64,000 nt of DNA from Bacteroidales bacterium (lineage in GTDB: Bacteria; Bacteroidota; Bacteroidia; Bacteroidales; WCHB1-69). Positions 1-9,288 of this stretch are shown in pieces. The translations under genes and the position numbers were made by a program. Location: the NCBI GenBank assembly GCA_024400755.1, contig JAKSMG010000011.1, forward strand, positions 3,733-67,732, written 5' to 3'. The notes under the pieces were generated by a model. It saw only the letters and a program-made list of their open reading frames with translations, was not told the origin of the DNA and searched no databases. Position 1 is the first letter of the stretch. Each line of letters starts with the position of its first letter.

Positions 1-722
1 ATATTGAATGAATTTCTATGGATCAGCTTGCTTGGGTCGGCTTCCATCAAATCCATAGCGGCTTTCAAGGCATCGGGCATATACATCATATCCATATAGG
101 TACCTTTGGCGATTGGGCAGGTGAATTTTTCACCTTTAACGGCCGCATAATAAATTTCCACAGCATAGTCGGTAGTACCGCCACCAGGAAGCGTGACATT
201 GGAAATCAAACCCGGGAAACGTACCGAACGGGTATCCACGCCAAAACGCTTGAAATAATAATCGCTCAACAACTCGCCGGTCACCTTGGTAACGCCGTAA
301 ATGGTCTTAGGACGCTGAATCGTATCCTGAGGAGTCATATTGTGAGGGGTTTCGGGACCAAAAGCGCCGATAGAACTTGGCGTGAACAAGGCACAACCAC
401 ATTCGCGAGAAACTTCCAAGCAGTTGAGCAACGCACCGATTCCCACATTCCAACCCAACATAGGATTGATTTCCGCCTTGGCAGAAAGAATGGCAGCCAA
501 GTTGAAAATAGAATCAATATTGTATTTCTTAACAGCATCGGCTATATCTTGGGCGTTGGTAGCATTAATTTGACAAGAAGGACCGCTATCGGCCAATTCG
601 CCTTTCAAAGGGTACATCAAATCGGCAGCAACAACATTGTCGGTACCATAGACTTTTCTAAGTGCGGGCGTGAGTTCGGAACCAATTTGTCCGCAAGCTC
701 CAATGACTAATATTTTTTTCAT
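1..722 (-). CDS. L-threonine 3-dehydrogenase-like NAD-dependent epimerase/SDR (3' end runs off the window)
   Basis: Not in the ORF track. Manual translation from ATG at 722 gives MKKILVIGACGQIGSELTPALRKVYGTDNVVAAD (Rossmann motif), then PSSIGAFG, YGVTK (YxxxK) and PGGGTTDYAV, typical of SDR-type threonine dehydrogenases. Confidence 0.85.
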   Translation of the reverse strand, partial: MKKILVIGACGQIGSELTPALRKVYGTDNVVAADLMYPLKGELADSGPSCQINATNAQDIADAVKKYNIDSIFNLAAILSAKAEINPMLGWNVGIGALLNCLEVSRECGCALFTPSSIGAFGPETPHNMTPQDTIQRPKTIYGVTKVTGELLSDYYFKRFGVDTRSVRFPGLISNVTLPGGGTTDYAVEIYYAAVKGEKFTCPIAKGTYMDMMYMPDALKAAMDLMEADPSKLIHRNSFN

Positions 723-748
723 TTTAATCGAGTTTAAATTATGACTTG

Positions 749-842
749 CAAAGATATAAAAAAAAACCTTGCCATTACTTTTTTCACATAAAAAAAAGCA
801 AATTTTTTCGGCACCGACAATCCGTTATTTTTAGTATCTTTG
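749..842. promoter_or_regulatory. Divergent Bacteroidetes sigma-70 -7 boxes (TAnnTTTG) for tdh and pcm
   Basis: TATCTTTG on the minus strand at 749-756 and on the plus strand at 835-842, each a short distance upstream of a start codon. Confidence 0.7.
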
Positions 843-857
843 CTCAAAATTATTTAG

Positions 858-1517
858 ATGGAAGTTGACTATATGCTTTTAGGGGCAAAACGTAAGTTAA
901 TCAGTTATTTGCGTGCAAAAGGAATAACCGACGAACTTGTGTTGTCTGCTTTTGACAAGATAGACCGACACCTTTTTGTTGATTCCTTCCAATGGGACAA
1001 GGCCTACGAAGACACTGCCCTGCACATTCTTTGCGACCAAACCATCTCTCAACCTTCCACCGTGGCTTTTCAAAGCCAATTACTCCAGATTAAGCCCAAC
1101 GAAAAGGTTTTGGAAATCGGCACCGGTTCCGGTTTTCAATCCGCCATTTTGGGTGCTATGGGAGCACGCGTTTTTTCTGTGGAACGCCACCTGCAACTTT
1201 TCAGCCGCGCCAAGAACCTGCTTTCCAAAATCAACGACAAGATCATCGTTCACTTCGGAGACGGATTCCAAGGGTTTCAACAATACGCTCCCTACGACAA
1301 AATCATCGTTACTTGCGGTGCCCCCGACATACCCCAAACCTTGCTTCAACAACTCAAGGTTGGCGGCATTATGGTAATTCCCGTCGGAACGGAAACCCAA
1401 ACGATGAAGCGCATTACCAAAATCAGCGAAGAACAATACAAGGAAGAAGCCTTTGGCAATTTCACCTTCGTGCCAATGCTTGAAGCCAAAATGAAAGATA
1501 TCAATACGAAATTCTAA
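858..1517 (+). CDS. pcm: Protein-L-isoaspartate O-methyltransferase
   Basis: QTISQP, VLEIGTGSGFQ, APYDKIIVT and QLKVGGIMVIPVG motifs. Confidence 0.95.
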   Translation: MEVDYMLLGAKRKLISYLRAKGITDELVLSAFDKIDRHLFVDSFQWDKAYEDTALHILCDQTISQPSTVAFQSQLLQIKPNEKVLEIGTGSGFQSAILGAMGARVFSVERHLQLFSRAKNLLSKINDKIIVHFGDGFQGFQQYAPYDKIIVTCGAPDIPQTLLQQLKVGGIMVIPVGTETQTMKRITKISEEQYKEEAFGNFTFVPMLEAKMKDINTKF

Positions 1518-1523
1518 GTTATC

Positions 1524-2990
1524 TTATTTATTTCTATCCTGAAACATCGGATTCTTATCTTTTTCCGCCTCCGGCATAAACAATCTCGTCAAATAATCCA
1601 TCATACCATTAGACGGAGCAGGCAAATACCTTTCATATATCTCGCCTTCCGGAGACAACAACAAATAATCAGGCAACGCGTTCACTTCCAATTGGCTCAA
1701 CCATTCGTACTGCTGATTGAAATACACGAATTTCCAATCAAACTGCGGATACTTATTTAATAAATTCTGTAATTTGTACTTGTCAAAATCCACACACACG
1801 CTCACTACCGACAGCGAGTCCTTGAATTTTTCATTGATTTCTCGCAAAATCTGCATTTCTCGAACGCATTCCAGACAATCCGTCCTGAAAAAGTAAACAT
1901 ACACCCAATTTCCCTTCATCTTTTTGAAAGAGAAATCTTTTCCGTTACCCTCTTTCAACTTCACCTCCTTCACCAATTGCTCGTCTGAGAACTTGGAAAC
2001 AAAACGCAACATATTTTCCACCAATGGTTTATGCTCTGGAAAATGACTGGTGGAACGAATTTCCTGCAACAAAGCGACAATGTTGTTTTTATCAAATTCG
2101 GGATGATTCAAGTATAGCTGGCCTAAACTCTTGATGATCACCAACTCACGAATTCTTTCATTAACCAGGAACTCATCGGCACCCAAAGCATCAAACAATT
2201 GTCGGTAATTCGCATTTTGATTGATACACGCCAAGATGGTTTCCATTTTGATTTTTGCCGACATAAAGACATAATCATCATAAAAAGAATTAAATAAATT
2301 CATATAACTCGGATGATTATATAAAATGTGATCATTGTTCAGGTATTTATTAAACAATGAATCCCCTTCCTTCTGCCAATAGATCCTATCCAAATTGGAC
2401 ATTTCATAGAATTGGTAGGCCTGATAAAAATCGTATGGATTATTCCGCACGTCAAATTTTTCATTCATAACGGATTGCACAGAATCATACGCCGCAGCAT
2501 CATGGTCATACAATATTTTAAATGAAAAACGTTCAAAAAGTGCATTGTAAAACCTCGAAAAATAATTAATCTTGCTATTCAAGTCCTGTTTGTCGGGATT
2601 ATTGTTCACAATATGCAAAAAACCATCATAATCCTGCGGAGCATAAAGATTAAATAGTTTCGGATCCATATCAATCGTAAGATCGTAAGAATGAGATGGT
2701 TCGATAAAAAACTCGGCTTTAGAAGTACGGATTTCCAACTGTGCCAACAAAACCTGTGGAGTTGTACAAGACAATTCGAACTGCCCGTCTGCTGCAATTT
2801 TGGAAGAAGCGGCCACACGAGGTGTATAAGTTAACAAATCCTCATAAACCAGTAACCTAATTTCCTCACCAGCAGCAAAATCCGCATGGCCAAAAATCTT
2901 AACGGGCGCCAGTTTTTGAGACCAAACGGATGCACTTGTCGCAAGACAAATCACGATGAGGGCAAAAAACTTCCAAAATCGTATAATCAT
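1524..2990 (-). CDS. Secreted TlpA/thioredoxin-like family protein
   Basis: Signal peptide; C-terminal redoxin fold with CLEC (FFRTDCLECVREM) and LPDYLLLSPEG. Confidence 0.7.
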   Translation of the reverse strand: MIIRFWKFFALIVICLATSASVWSQKLAPVKIFGHADFAAGEEIRLLVYEDLLTYTPRVAASSKIAADGQFELSCTTPQVLLAQLEIRTSKAEFFIEPSHSYDLTIDMDPKLFNLYAPQDYDGFLHIVNNNPDKQDLNSKINYFSRFYNALFERFSFKILYDHDAAAYDSVQSVMNEKFDVRNNPYDFYQAYQFYEMSNLDRIYWQKEGDSLFNKYLNNDHILYNHPSYMNLFNSFYDDYVFMSAKIKMETILACINQNANYRQLFDALGADEFLVNERIRELVIIKSLGQLYLNHPEFDKNNIVALLQEIRSTSHFPEHKPLVENMLRFVSKFSDEQLVKEVKLKEGNGKDFSFKKMKGNWVYVYFFRTDCLECVREMQILREINEKFKDSLSVVSVCVDFDKYKLQNLLNKYPQFDWKFVYFNQQYEWLSQLEVNALPDYLLLSPEGEIYERYLPAPSNGMMDYLTRLFMPEAEKDKNPMFQDRNK

Positions 2991-3005
2991 ATATGAATCA
3001 ATAAA

Positions 3006-3455
3006 TTATAATTCAAAAGAGACATATTTAGAATAATCTGCCTGATGATGGTAGAGTTCACGGACAAGAGAAGAGGAAACGTGAGCCAGTTCGGGAGAAG
3101 AAGCGAAAAAGACGGTTTCGATTTCAGGAACCAATTGTTTATTGGCTTCCGCGATATCTTTTTCATACTGAAAATCGATCGAATTGCGAAGTCCTCGAAC
3201 AATATAGGACGCCCCCATCCTTTTACAAAAATCCACCGTCAAACCGGCATAAGTACAAGTTTTTACGCGAGGTTCGTCAGCAAAAACCTGACGAATCCAC
3301 TGCAAACGGCGTTCCAAATCAAACATACAGTGTTTGGCAGCGTTTTCGCCTATAGCCACATAAACCACGTCGAAAAGCGCCACGGCTTTCCGGATAATTT
3401 CTTCGTGGCCTTTTGTCAATGGATCAAAGGAACCTGGAAAAACTGCAATTTTCAT
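3006..3455 (-). CDS. coaD: Pantetheine-phosphate adenylyltransferase
   Basis: AVFPGSFDPLTKGH, VRGLR and VSSSLVRE motifs. Confidence 0.97.
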   Translation of the reverse strand: MKIAVFPGSFDPLTKGHEEIIRKAVALFDVVYVAIGENAAKHCMFDLERRLQWIRQVFADEPRVKTCTYAGLTVDFCKRMGASYIVRGLRNSIDFQYEKDIAEANKQLVPEIETVFFASSPELAHVSSSLVRELYHHQADYSKYVSFEL

Positions 3456-3456
3456 A

Positions 3457-4020
3457 TTATTCTCTTACAACTACGAAATTATAATCATCCATAAACTTAA
3501 TCAGTCGCGACGGTTTATAGTCGGTTGAATCTGCATATTGTTCTGGGACCACATAATCCACCTGGTCAATGACTTCTTGTGCGATATCGGTAAAGAGTTG
3601 CGGAGCCGGTGTTCCAGAAATGTTAGCGGAAGTTGACACGATAGGACGACCCAAACTTCCAATCAACTTCTTACAGAACTTATTGTTAACCAATCTAATA
3701 GCCAAACTTCCATCGGACGAAACCACAGATGGAGCCACATTACAGCCCTCCGGATAGATAAATGTGGTAGGACGAGCCGTTTCATTAATTAAATCCCAAG
3801 CAATCAAAGGGATGCGCTTAACATACATCGGCAAGCGGTCGCTTTTGTCCAACAGCACCAACATCGATTTGCCTTCAATACGCTGTTTAATTTTGAAAAT
3901 GCGTTTCACCGCATCTTCATTAGTTGCGTCGCAACCAAGTCCCCAAATAGTATCAGTAGGATAAAGAATAACTTTTCCTTGGAGCAATAAATCCGTACAT
4001 TTTTCAATTTCCGATTCCAT
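3457..4020 (-). CDS. tsaC: L-threonylcarbamoyladenylate synthase (Sua5/YrdC)
   Basis: YPTDTIWGLGCDA and STSANISG motifs; start is ATG 4020 or TTG 4026. Confidence 0.92.
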   Translation of the reverse strand: MESEIEKCTDLLLQGKVILYPTDTIWGLGCDATNEDAVKRIFKIKQRIEGKSMLVLLDKSDRLPMYVKRIPLIAWDLINETARPTTFIYPEGCNVAPSVVSSDGSLAIRLVNNKFCKKLIGSLGRPIVSTSANISGTPAPQLFTDIAQEVIDQVDYVVPEQYADSTDYKPSRLIKFMDDYNFVVVRE

Positions 4021-4222
4021 TTTCAACGCATAAAATATTTTTGCAAAATTAATAAAAACTATCTCCTGATGGACAGACTAAAATTAATTTTTTTTCGTTA
4101 TTGATTTTAGAAAGGAGTAACGACTTCGAACAATAAAAAAACACGAGTTTGAGCACGTCACTTTTCGCAGCGATAATACGAAAAAAAAACGTAGATTTGC
4201 AAATTAATTATTTGGGAACAAT

Positions 4223-5209
4223 ATGAAAAATTTTGCTCTTTTTGGTGTAGGTGGCTACGTTGCCCCAAGACATCTCAAAGCCATTAAAGAAACTGGAAAT
4301 CAACTTATTGCGGCATACGACAAAAATGACAGCGTAGGTATTTTGGACCAATTTTTTCCTTACACCAAATTCTTTACCGAATATGAACTTTTCGACCGAC
4401 ACTGCACAAAACTTAAAAACACGGAACAAAAAATAGACTATTTGTCCATTTGCACGCCCAACTACCTTCACGATTCCCACATTCGTTACGGTATGCGATT
4501 AGGAGCCGACATCATTTGCGAAAAGCCCCTGGTTTTAAATCCCTGGAACATTGACGGATTGAAGGCCATTGAAGAAAACACTGGGCATAAAATCAACACC
4601 ATCTTGCAGTTACGTCTTCATCCCGCCATCAAAGGACTAAAGAAGCAAATTGAAGAAGGTCCACAAGACAAAATCTACGATATCGATTTGACCTACATTA
4701 CCAGCCGAGGCAATTGGTATTATGCCAGTTGGAAAGGCAACGAACAAAAAAGCGGAGGCGTGGCCACCAATATCGGCATTCACTTTTATGATATGCTTAC
4801 CTATATTTTTGGTGAAGTGAAGCAAAATGTCGTTCACGTGAAAAGCCACGACCGCGTGGCCGGCTATCTGGAGCTCAAAAAGGCAAGAATCCGTTACTTC
4901 CTCAGCATCAATTCCGAACACCTTCCTAAAGAAATCAAGGAAAAAGGACAAATGACCTACCGTTCCATCACGATAGAAGGTCGGGAGATTGAGTTCAGCA
5001 ACGGATTTACCGATTTGCACACAGAAAGTTACCGTCAAATTTTGGAAGGAAAGGGATTCGGCATAGAAGATTCACGAAGCTGCATTTCCATTGTTCACGA
5101 CATACGCAACGCACAAGCCATCGGACTAACCGGCGACTTTCATCCTATGGCCAAGTATCCGTTATGCGTTCATCCTTTCGAATCACAACGGACAACACCA
5201 GTTAAGTAA
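4223..5209 (+). CDS. wbpB: Gfo/Idh/MocA oxidoreductase, WbpB-like (UDP-GlcNAcA 3-oxidase)
   Basis: GGYVAPRHLKAI, ICTPNYLH, CEKPLVLNPWN, SGGVATNIGIHFYD and EFSNGFTDLHTESY motifs. Confidence 0.8.
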   Translation: MKNFALFGVGGYVAPRHLKAIKETGNQLIAAYDKNDSVGILDQFFPYTKFFTEYELFDRHCTKLKNTEQKIDYLSICTPNYLHDSHIRYGMRLGADIICEKPLVLNPWNIDGLKAIEENTGHKINTILQLRLHPAIKGLKKQIEEGPQDKIYDIDLTYITSRGNWYYASWKGNEQKSGGVATNIGIHFYDMLTYIFGEVKQNVVHVKSHDRVAGYLELKKARIRYFLSINSEHLPKEIKEKGQMTYRSITIEGREIEFSNGFTDLHTESYRQILEGKGFGIEDSRSCISIVHDIRNAQAIGLTGDFHPMAKYPLCVHPFESQRTTPVK

Positions 5210-5283
5210 GAAGAAAAAAATTTGAACCAATAACAATAAAGAAAACTTTTGATTCGTTTATCTTTGATTTTGATTTACAAATT

Positions 5284-6246
5284 ATGGAAATTCGAAAAAC
5301 AATTAGACTCATTTGCATTCTCCTATGCTGCTGTCTGACCATTCAGGCACAGGAATATAAGGCGACGGCAGTCTTGGACTCCAACCGCATTCTCATTGGC
5401 GACCAGATTCACGTGGATTTCACCTATACGGTTCCGCAAAAGTCAACATACCTACTGCCCAATGTCACCCCCGATTTCTTGTCACAATACGGCTTGGACC
5501 TTATCGGGAAAAGTGCGATTGACACGACCATCAACGGCAATGCCGTCAGTTACCATCAACGCTGGACCATCACGGCTTTTGACTCGGGAAATTTCGTTTT
5601 TCCTGCACTTCCGTTGCTGTCACCGGACTCGCAAATTTTAGCCCAAAGCAAGGCATTGGCCATTGAAGTCAACACGGTAGCCGTAGATACCACCGCTGCC
5701 ATACGCGACATCAAGCCCTACGCAAAAGTGCCCCTCACTTTCAAGGAAATCTTACCCTATTTGCTGATCGGTCTGGCCGCTGCCGCCGTCATCGCCCTCT
5801 TGGTATGGTATATCGTCAAACACGAACGCAAACAAAAACCGCAAAAGCACTTCGTCAAAAGCAAGCCCAAAGTCAAACCACACTTGACAGCCCTCAAGGA
5901 TTTGGAAAAGCTCCGTCTCAAGAAATTATGGCAAAACGGACAGGTAAAACAATATTATTCCGAGCTCACCGACATTGTAAGAACCTATATTGACGGACGT
6001 TTTGACATCAACGCCATGGAGATGATCACTTCCGACATTCTTCACGAATTGGATACGGCGGGACTGCCACAAGCGTTGCGTCAAGAATTGGAGCAGACAC
6101 TCAACACCGCCGACTTGGTGAAATTCGCCAAGATGGAACCGCTGCCCGACGACCACGACCGCTGTATGAAACAAGCCGTTGACTTTGTCAATCAGACTAA
6201 GGAAAGCGACGAAAACAATGCTCATAACGAACCAGATAAAAAATAA
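5284..6246 (+). CDS. Bat-operon-associated membrane protein (Ig-like N-terminus, one TM helix, C-terminal helical domain)
   Basis: Signal peptide, TM segment and KQYYSELTDIVRTYI...ADLVKFAK; lies directly upstream of batA as in Bacteroides. Confidence 0.75.
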   Translation: MEIRKTIRLICILLCCCLTIQAQEYKATAVLDSNRILIGDQIHVDFTYTVPQKSTYLLPNVTPDFLSQYGLDLIGKSAIDTTINGNAVSYHQRWTITAFDSGNFVFPALPLLSPDSQILAQSKALAIEVNTVAVDTTAAIRDIKPYAKVPLTFKEILPYLLIGLAAAAVIALLVWYIVKHERKQKPQKHFVKSKPKVKPHLTALKDLEKLRLKKLWQNGQVKQYYSELTDIVRTYIDGRFDINAMEMITSDILHELDTAGLPQALRQELEQTLNTADLVKFAKMEPLPDDHDRCMKQAVDFVNQTKESDENNAHNEPDKK

Positions 6247-6251
6247 GGAAA

Positions 6252-7259
6252 ATGCACTTTTTATCAGATTTCTTTCAAATATTAAAAGATGTAGAATTTG
6301 CCAATCCCCACTATTTTCTACTTCTTCTACTACTCATTCCTCTCATCGGATGGCCTATATGGAAACGCCATAAAATGCACAGCACCTTGCAGGTTTCCAC
6401 CACTGAATCTGTTGCCAAGGCCCCAAAAAACTGGAAACAACGCTTTTTCTTTTTACCATTAATTTGCCGTGCCCTGGCGGTCATTTTCATCGTCATTGCC
6501 TTGGCACGACCACAATCGGCATTCCGCCAGCAAAATATTCAGGTAGAAGGTGTTGATATTGTCTTAACCGTTGATGTGTCTGGAAGTATGAAATGTATGG
6601 ACTTCCGACCCAACCGTTTAGGTGCCTGCAAAAAGGTAGCCGCCGAATTTATCGAAGGCCGTCCCACCGACCGCATCGGACTGGTGGTTTACGCAGGTGA
6701 GGCCTTCACCCAATGCCCCGCCACCACCGACCATCAAACGCTACTGGGATTGCTGGAAAAAGTGAAATTCGACCTTATTGAAGACGGCACCGCCATCGGC
6801 GACGGGCTGGGCACCGCCATCAACCGATTACGTGAAACGGATGCCAAAAGCAAAATCATCATTTTGCTGTCCGATGGGGTGAACAACAGCGGCTATATGG
6901 ACCCGCTTTCCGCCGCAGAAATTGCCAAAGACTACAATATCAAGGTCTATACCATCGGCTGCGGCAGTATGGGACAAGCCCCCTACCCCGGTCCCTACGG
7001 CACCGTATATGTGGATACCGAAATTGACGAAGGCCTGCTCAAAAATATTGCGGCAACCACAGGCGGCAAGTATTTTAGGGCTACCAACACACAAAAATTG
7101 GAAGAAGTTTATAAGGAAATCGACAAAATGGAAAAAACCATCATCAATGAAACCACTTTTGAAAACAAAGCCGACGAGTTTATTCCATTCCTTGTCTTTG
7201 CATTGATTTTCATTGGATTAGAAATTTTATTTAGATTCGTCATCTATAAAAACTGGTAA
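6252..7259 (+). CDS. batA: BatA VWA-domain protein
   Basis: MIDAS motif DVSGSM, plus PNRL, GTAIGDGLG, LLSDGVNNSG and terminal TM helices. Confidence 0.9.
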   Translation: MHFLSDFFQILKDVEFANPHYFLLLLLLIPLIGWPIWKRHKMHSTLQVSTTESVAKAPKNWKQRFFFLPLICRALAVIFIVIALARPQSAFRQQNIQVEGVDIVLTVDVSGSMKCMDFRPNRLGACKKVAAEFIEGRPTDRIGLVVYAGEAFTQCPATTDHQTLLGLLEKVKFDLIEDGTAIGDGLGTAINRLRETDAKSKIIILLSDGVNNSGYMDPLSAAEIAKDYNIKVYTIGCGSMGQAPYPGPYGTVYVDTEIDEGLLKNIAATTGGKYFRATNTQKLEEVYKEIDKMEKTIINETTFENKADEFIPFLVFALIFIGLEILFRFVIYKNW

Positions 7260-7273
7260 AAATTTTGCTCGCT

Positions 7274-9232
7274 ATGTTTAAGTTTGAACACGAATACATA
7301 CTATATTTTCTGCTGTTAATTCCGATATTGACCGGTTTGTATATCTACCTTCAATATCAGCGAAAAAAGAAATTGGCGCAATACAGCGACACGGTCTTGG
7401 CACAACGACTAACGCAAGAGGATTCGACGTCGATGCGTCATATCAAATTCGGTGTTTTTCTTTTGGGACTAACCTGCCTTATCCTCGCCATTGCCAATCC
7501 GCAAGTGGGAAGTTCATTGGAAAAAGGCAAACGACAAGGAATCGACATTATGATCTGTATGGATATTTCCAACAGTATGCTGGCAGAAGACATCCAACCC
7601 AACCGTTTGGAAGCCGCCAAAATGGCTTTGTCAAGATTCATTGACAAATTGGAAGGCGACCGCATTGGCCTGGTTGTCTTTGCCGGCAAATCTTTTGTGC
7701 AACTTCCCATTACCAGTGACTATGCCGCGGCCAAAATGTTTATTAATATCGTAAAACCTTCTTTAATAAACGAACAGGGTACCGACATCTCAGACGCATT
7801 GGACCTCGCCACCGTATCTATGCTTCCCGAAACCGGTTCGGAACAGCAAAAACAACTTTCGCAACTGACCTCAAAAGTCATCTTAGTGGTCTCCGACGGT
7901 GAGGATCATTTCCAAGAAGCCGTTGAAATGGCCCAGGAAGTCCACAAATTAGGAATTACCATTCATACTATCGGCATAGGAAGCACCTTGGGAGAACCCA
8001 TTCCCGTGCGCGACAGGAATGGCAATACCAGTTTCAAAAAAGATAGTGAAGGCAATACGGTTATGACCCGCCTCAACGAAGAAATACTTCAAGACGTTGC
8101 ACGCGCCGGTGGCGGAACATACGTCCATGCCACCAACGCCAATATGGGATTTGAAACCATCCTTGACAAAATCAACGCGATGACAAAAGTCGAATTGGAC
8201 GAAGTCACCTTCACACGTTACGACAGCAAATTTCAGATTCCTCTTTTATTAAGTCTCATCTTCTTTATGATCGAAATTATGCTTTTTACCACAAAATCAA
8301 AATTAAAACAGGGCTTTATCAAACTTCGCCAACTGCTGAAAGGCAAAAACGCTATCGTAATGATTGGCCTTTTATTTTTCATACCCACCCTTCAAGCGCA
8401 AACCAAAGCAGAACTATCCGCCATCCGCAAAGGAAACGACCAGTTCAAAACCGCCGAGCAATTTCGTAAAGACGCGATGGATTTGATTGCCAAAGGCGGG
8501 GAAGTCAACAAGCGAAATGCGGAAGAAAAGATGAAAAAAGCTTCGGACAACTATCAAAAAGCCGAAATCAACTATCGCAAAGCGATGGAAACCACTCGAA
8601 ATTACGATAAAGCCAACTACAATCTGGGCAATAGTCTGTATCGCCAAGAACGATATGAAGAAGCCGAAAAATACTTTTCAAACGTGGCCAACGACAAAAA
8701 CGTAAGCAAAGACTTACGCAGTCGCGCCTACCACAATTACGGCAACTCATTGTTGAAACAAGAAAAATACAAAGAAAGCATTGATGCCTATAAAAACGCC
8801 CTGAAACTGAATCCTAAGGATATGAACACCAAATACAATTTGGAATATGCCCGCAAAAAGATGATTCAACAACAAAACAGTCAGCAAAACCAAGACCAAA
8901 ATCAAAACGGAGGTCAAGGCCAACAGAATCAGGACCAAAATCAAAACGATAACAACAAAGACCAACAAGGACAAGGGCAAAGCCAGCAAAATCAGGATCA
9001 GAACAAAGACAAGCAGAATCAAGATAAAAACCAGCAAGGTCAGCAAAACCAAGATCAAAAGGATAAAAAAGACCAACAAGACCAGCAACAAAGTGCTGCC
9101 AACCGTAAAAAGCAACAAGACGACAGACGCCAGTTGGACGCACTTCAGCAAAATGAACGCAATACGCAGCAGAAAGTCAATCAACAACAAATGCGTAGCG
9201 GTGGCAAAAATCATCAAGAAAAAGACTGGTAG
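7274..9232 (+). CDS. Fused BatB (VWA) - BatC (TPR, Q-rich linker) protein
   Basis: N-half has DISNSMLAEDIQPNRL and SDGEDH (BatB). C-half has TPRs (NYNLGNSLY, YHNYGNSL, YKNALKLNPKD), a Q/N/D-rich linker and the terminal EKDW typical of BatC. Confidence 0.85.
   Translation: MFKFEHEYILYFLLLIPILTGLYIYLQYQRKKKLAQYSDTVLAQRLTQEDSTSMRHIKFGVFLLGLTCLILAIANPQVGSSLEKGKRQGIDIMICMDISNSMLAEDIQPNRLEAAKMALSRFIDKLEGDRIGLVVFAGKSFVQLPITSDYAAAKMFINIVKPSLINEQGTDISDALDLATVSMLPETGSEQQKQLSQLTSKVILVVSDGEDHFQEAVEMAQEVHKLGITIHTIGIGSTLGEPIPVRDRNGNTSFKKDSEGNTVMTRLNEEILQDVARAGGGTYVHATNANMGFETILDKINAMTKVELDEVTFTRYDSKFQIPLLLSLIFFMIEIMLFTTKSKLKQGFIKLRQLLKGKNAIVMIGLLFFIPTLQAQTKAELSAIRKGNDQFKTAEQFRKDAMDLIAKGGEVNKRNAEEKMKKASDNYQKAEINYRKAMETTRNYDKANYNLGNSLYRQERYEEAEKYFSNVANDKNVSKDLRSRAYHNYGNSLLKQEKYKESIDAYKNALKLNPKDMNTKYNLEYARKKMIQQQNSQQNQDQNQNGGQGQQNQDQNQNDNNKDQQGQGQSQQNQDQNKDKQNQDKNQQGQQNQDQKDKKDQQDQQQSAANRKKQQDDRRQLDALQQNERNTQQKVNQQQMRSGGKNHQEKDW
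8868..9190 (+). repeat. Low-complexity Q/N/D/K coding repeat (BatC linker)
   Basis: Degenerate CAGCAAAACCAAGA(C/T)CAAAA-like units encoding QQNQDQN. Confidence 0.8.
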
Positions 9233-9288
9233 TTTATCTTCAACATTCGCATAGCATTTTACTTTTTATGTCAAAAAAATAGTTCATA

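Noticed and set aside
18-710. 230-aa plus-strand ORF
   Set aside because: Antisense shadow of the minus-strand threonine dehydrogenase-like gene, which has clear motifs.
8747-9217. Hydrophobic Leu/Val-rich minus-strand ORFs
   Set aside because: Antisense reading of the Q/N-rich BatC linker.
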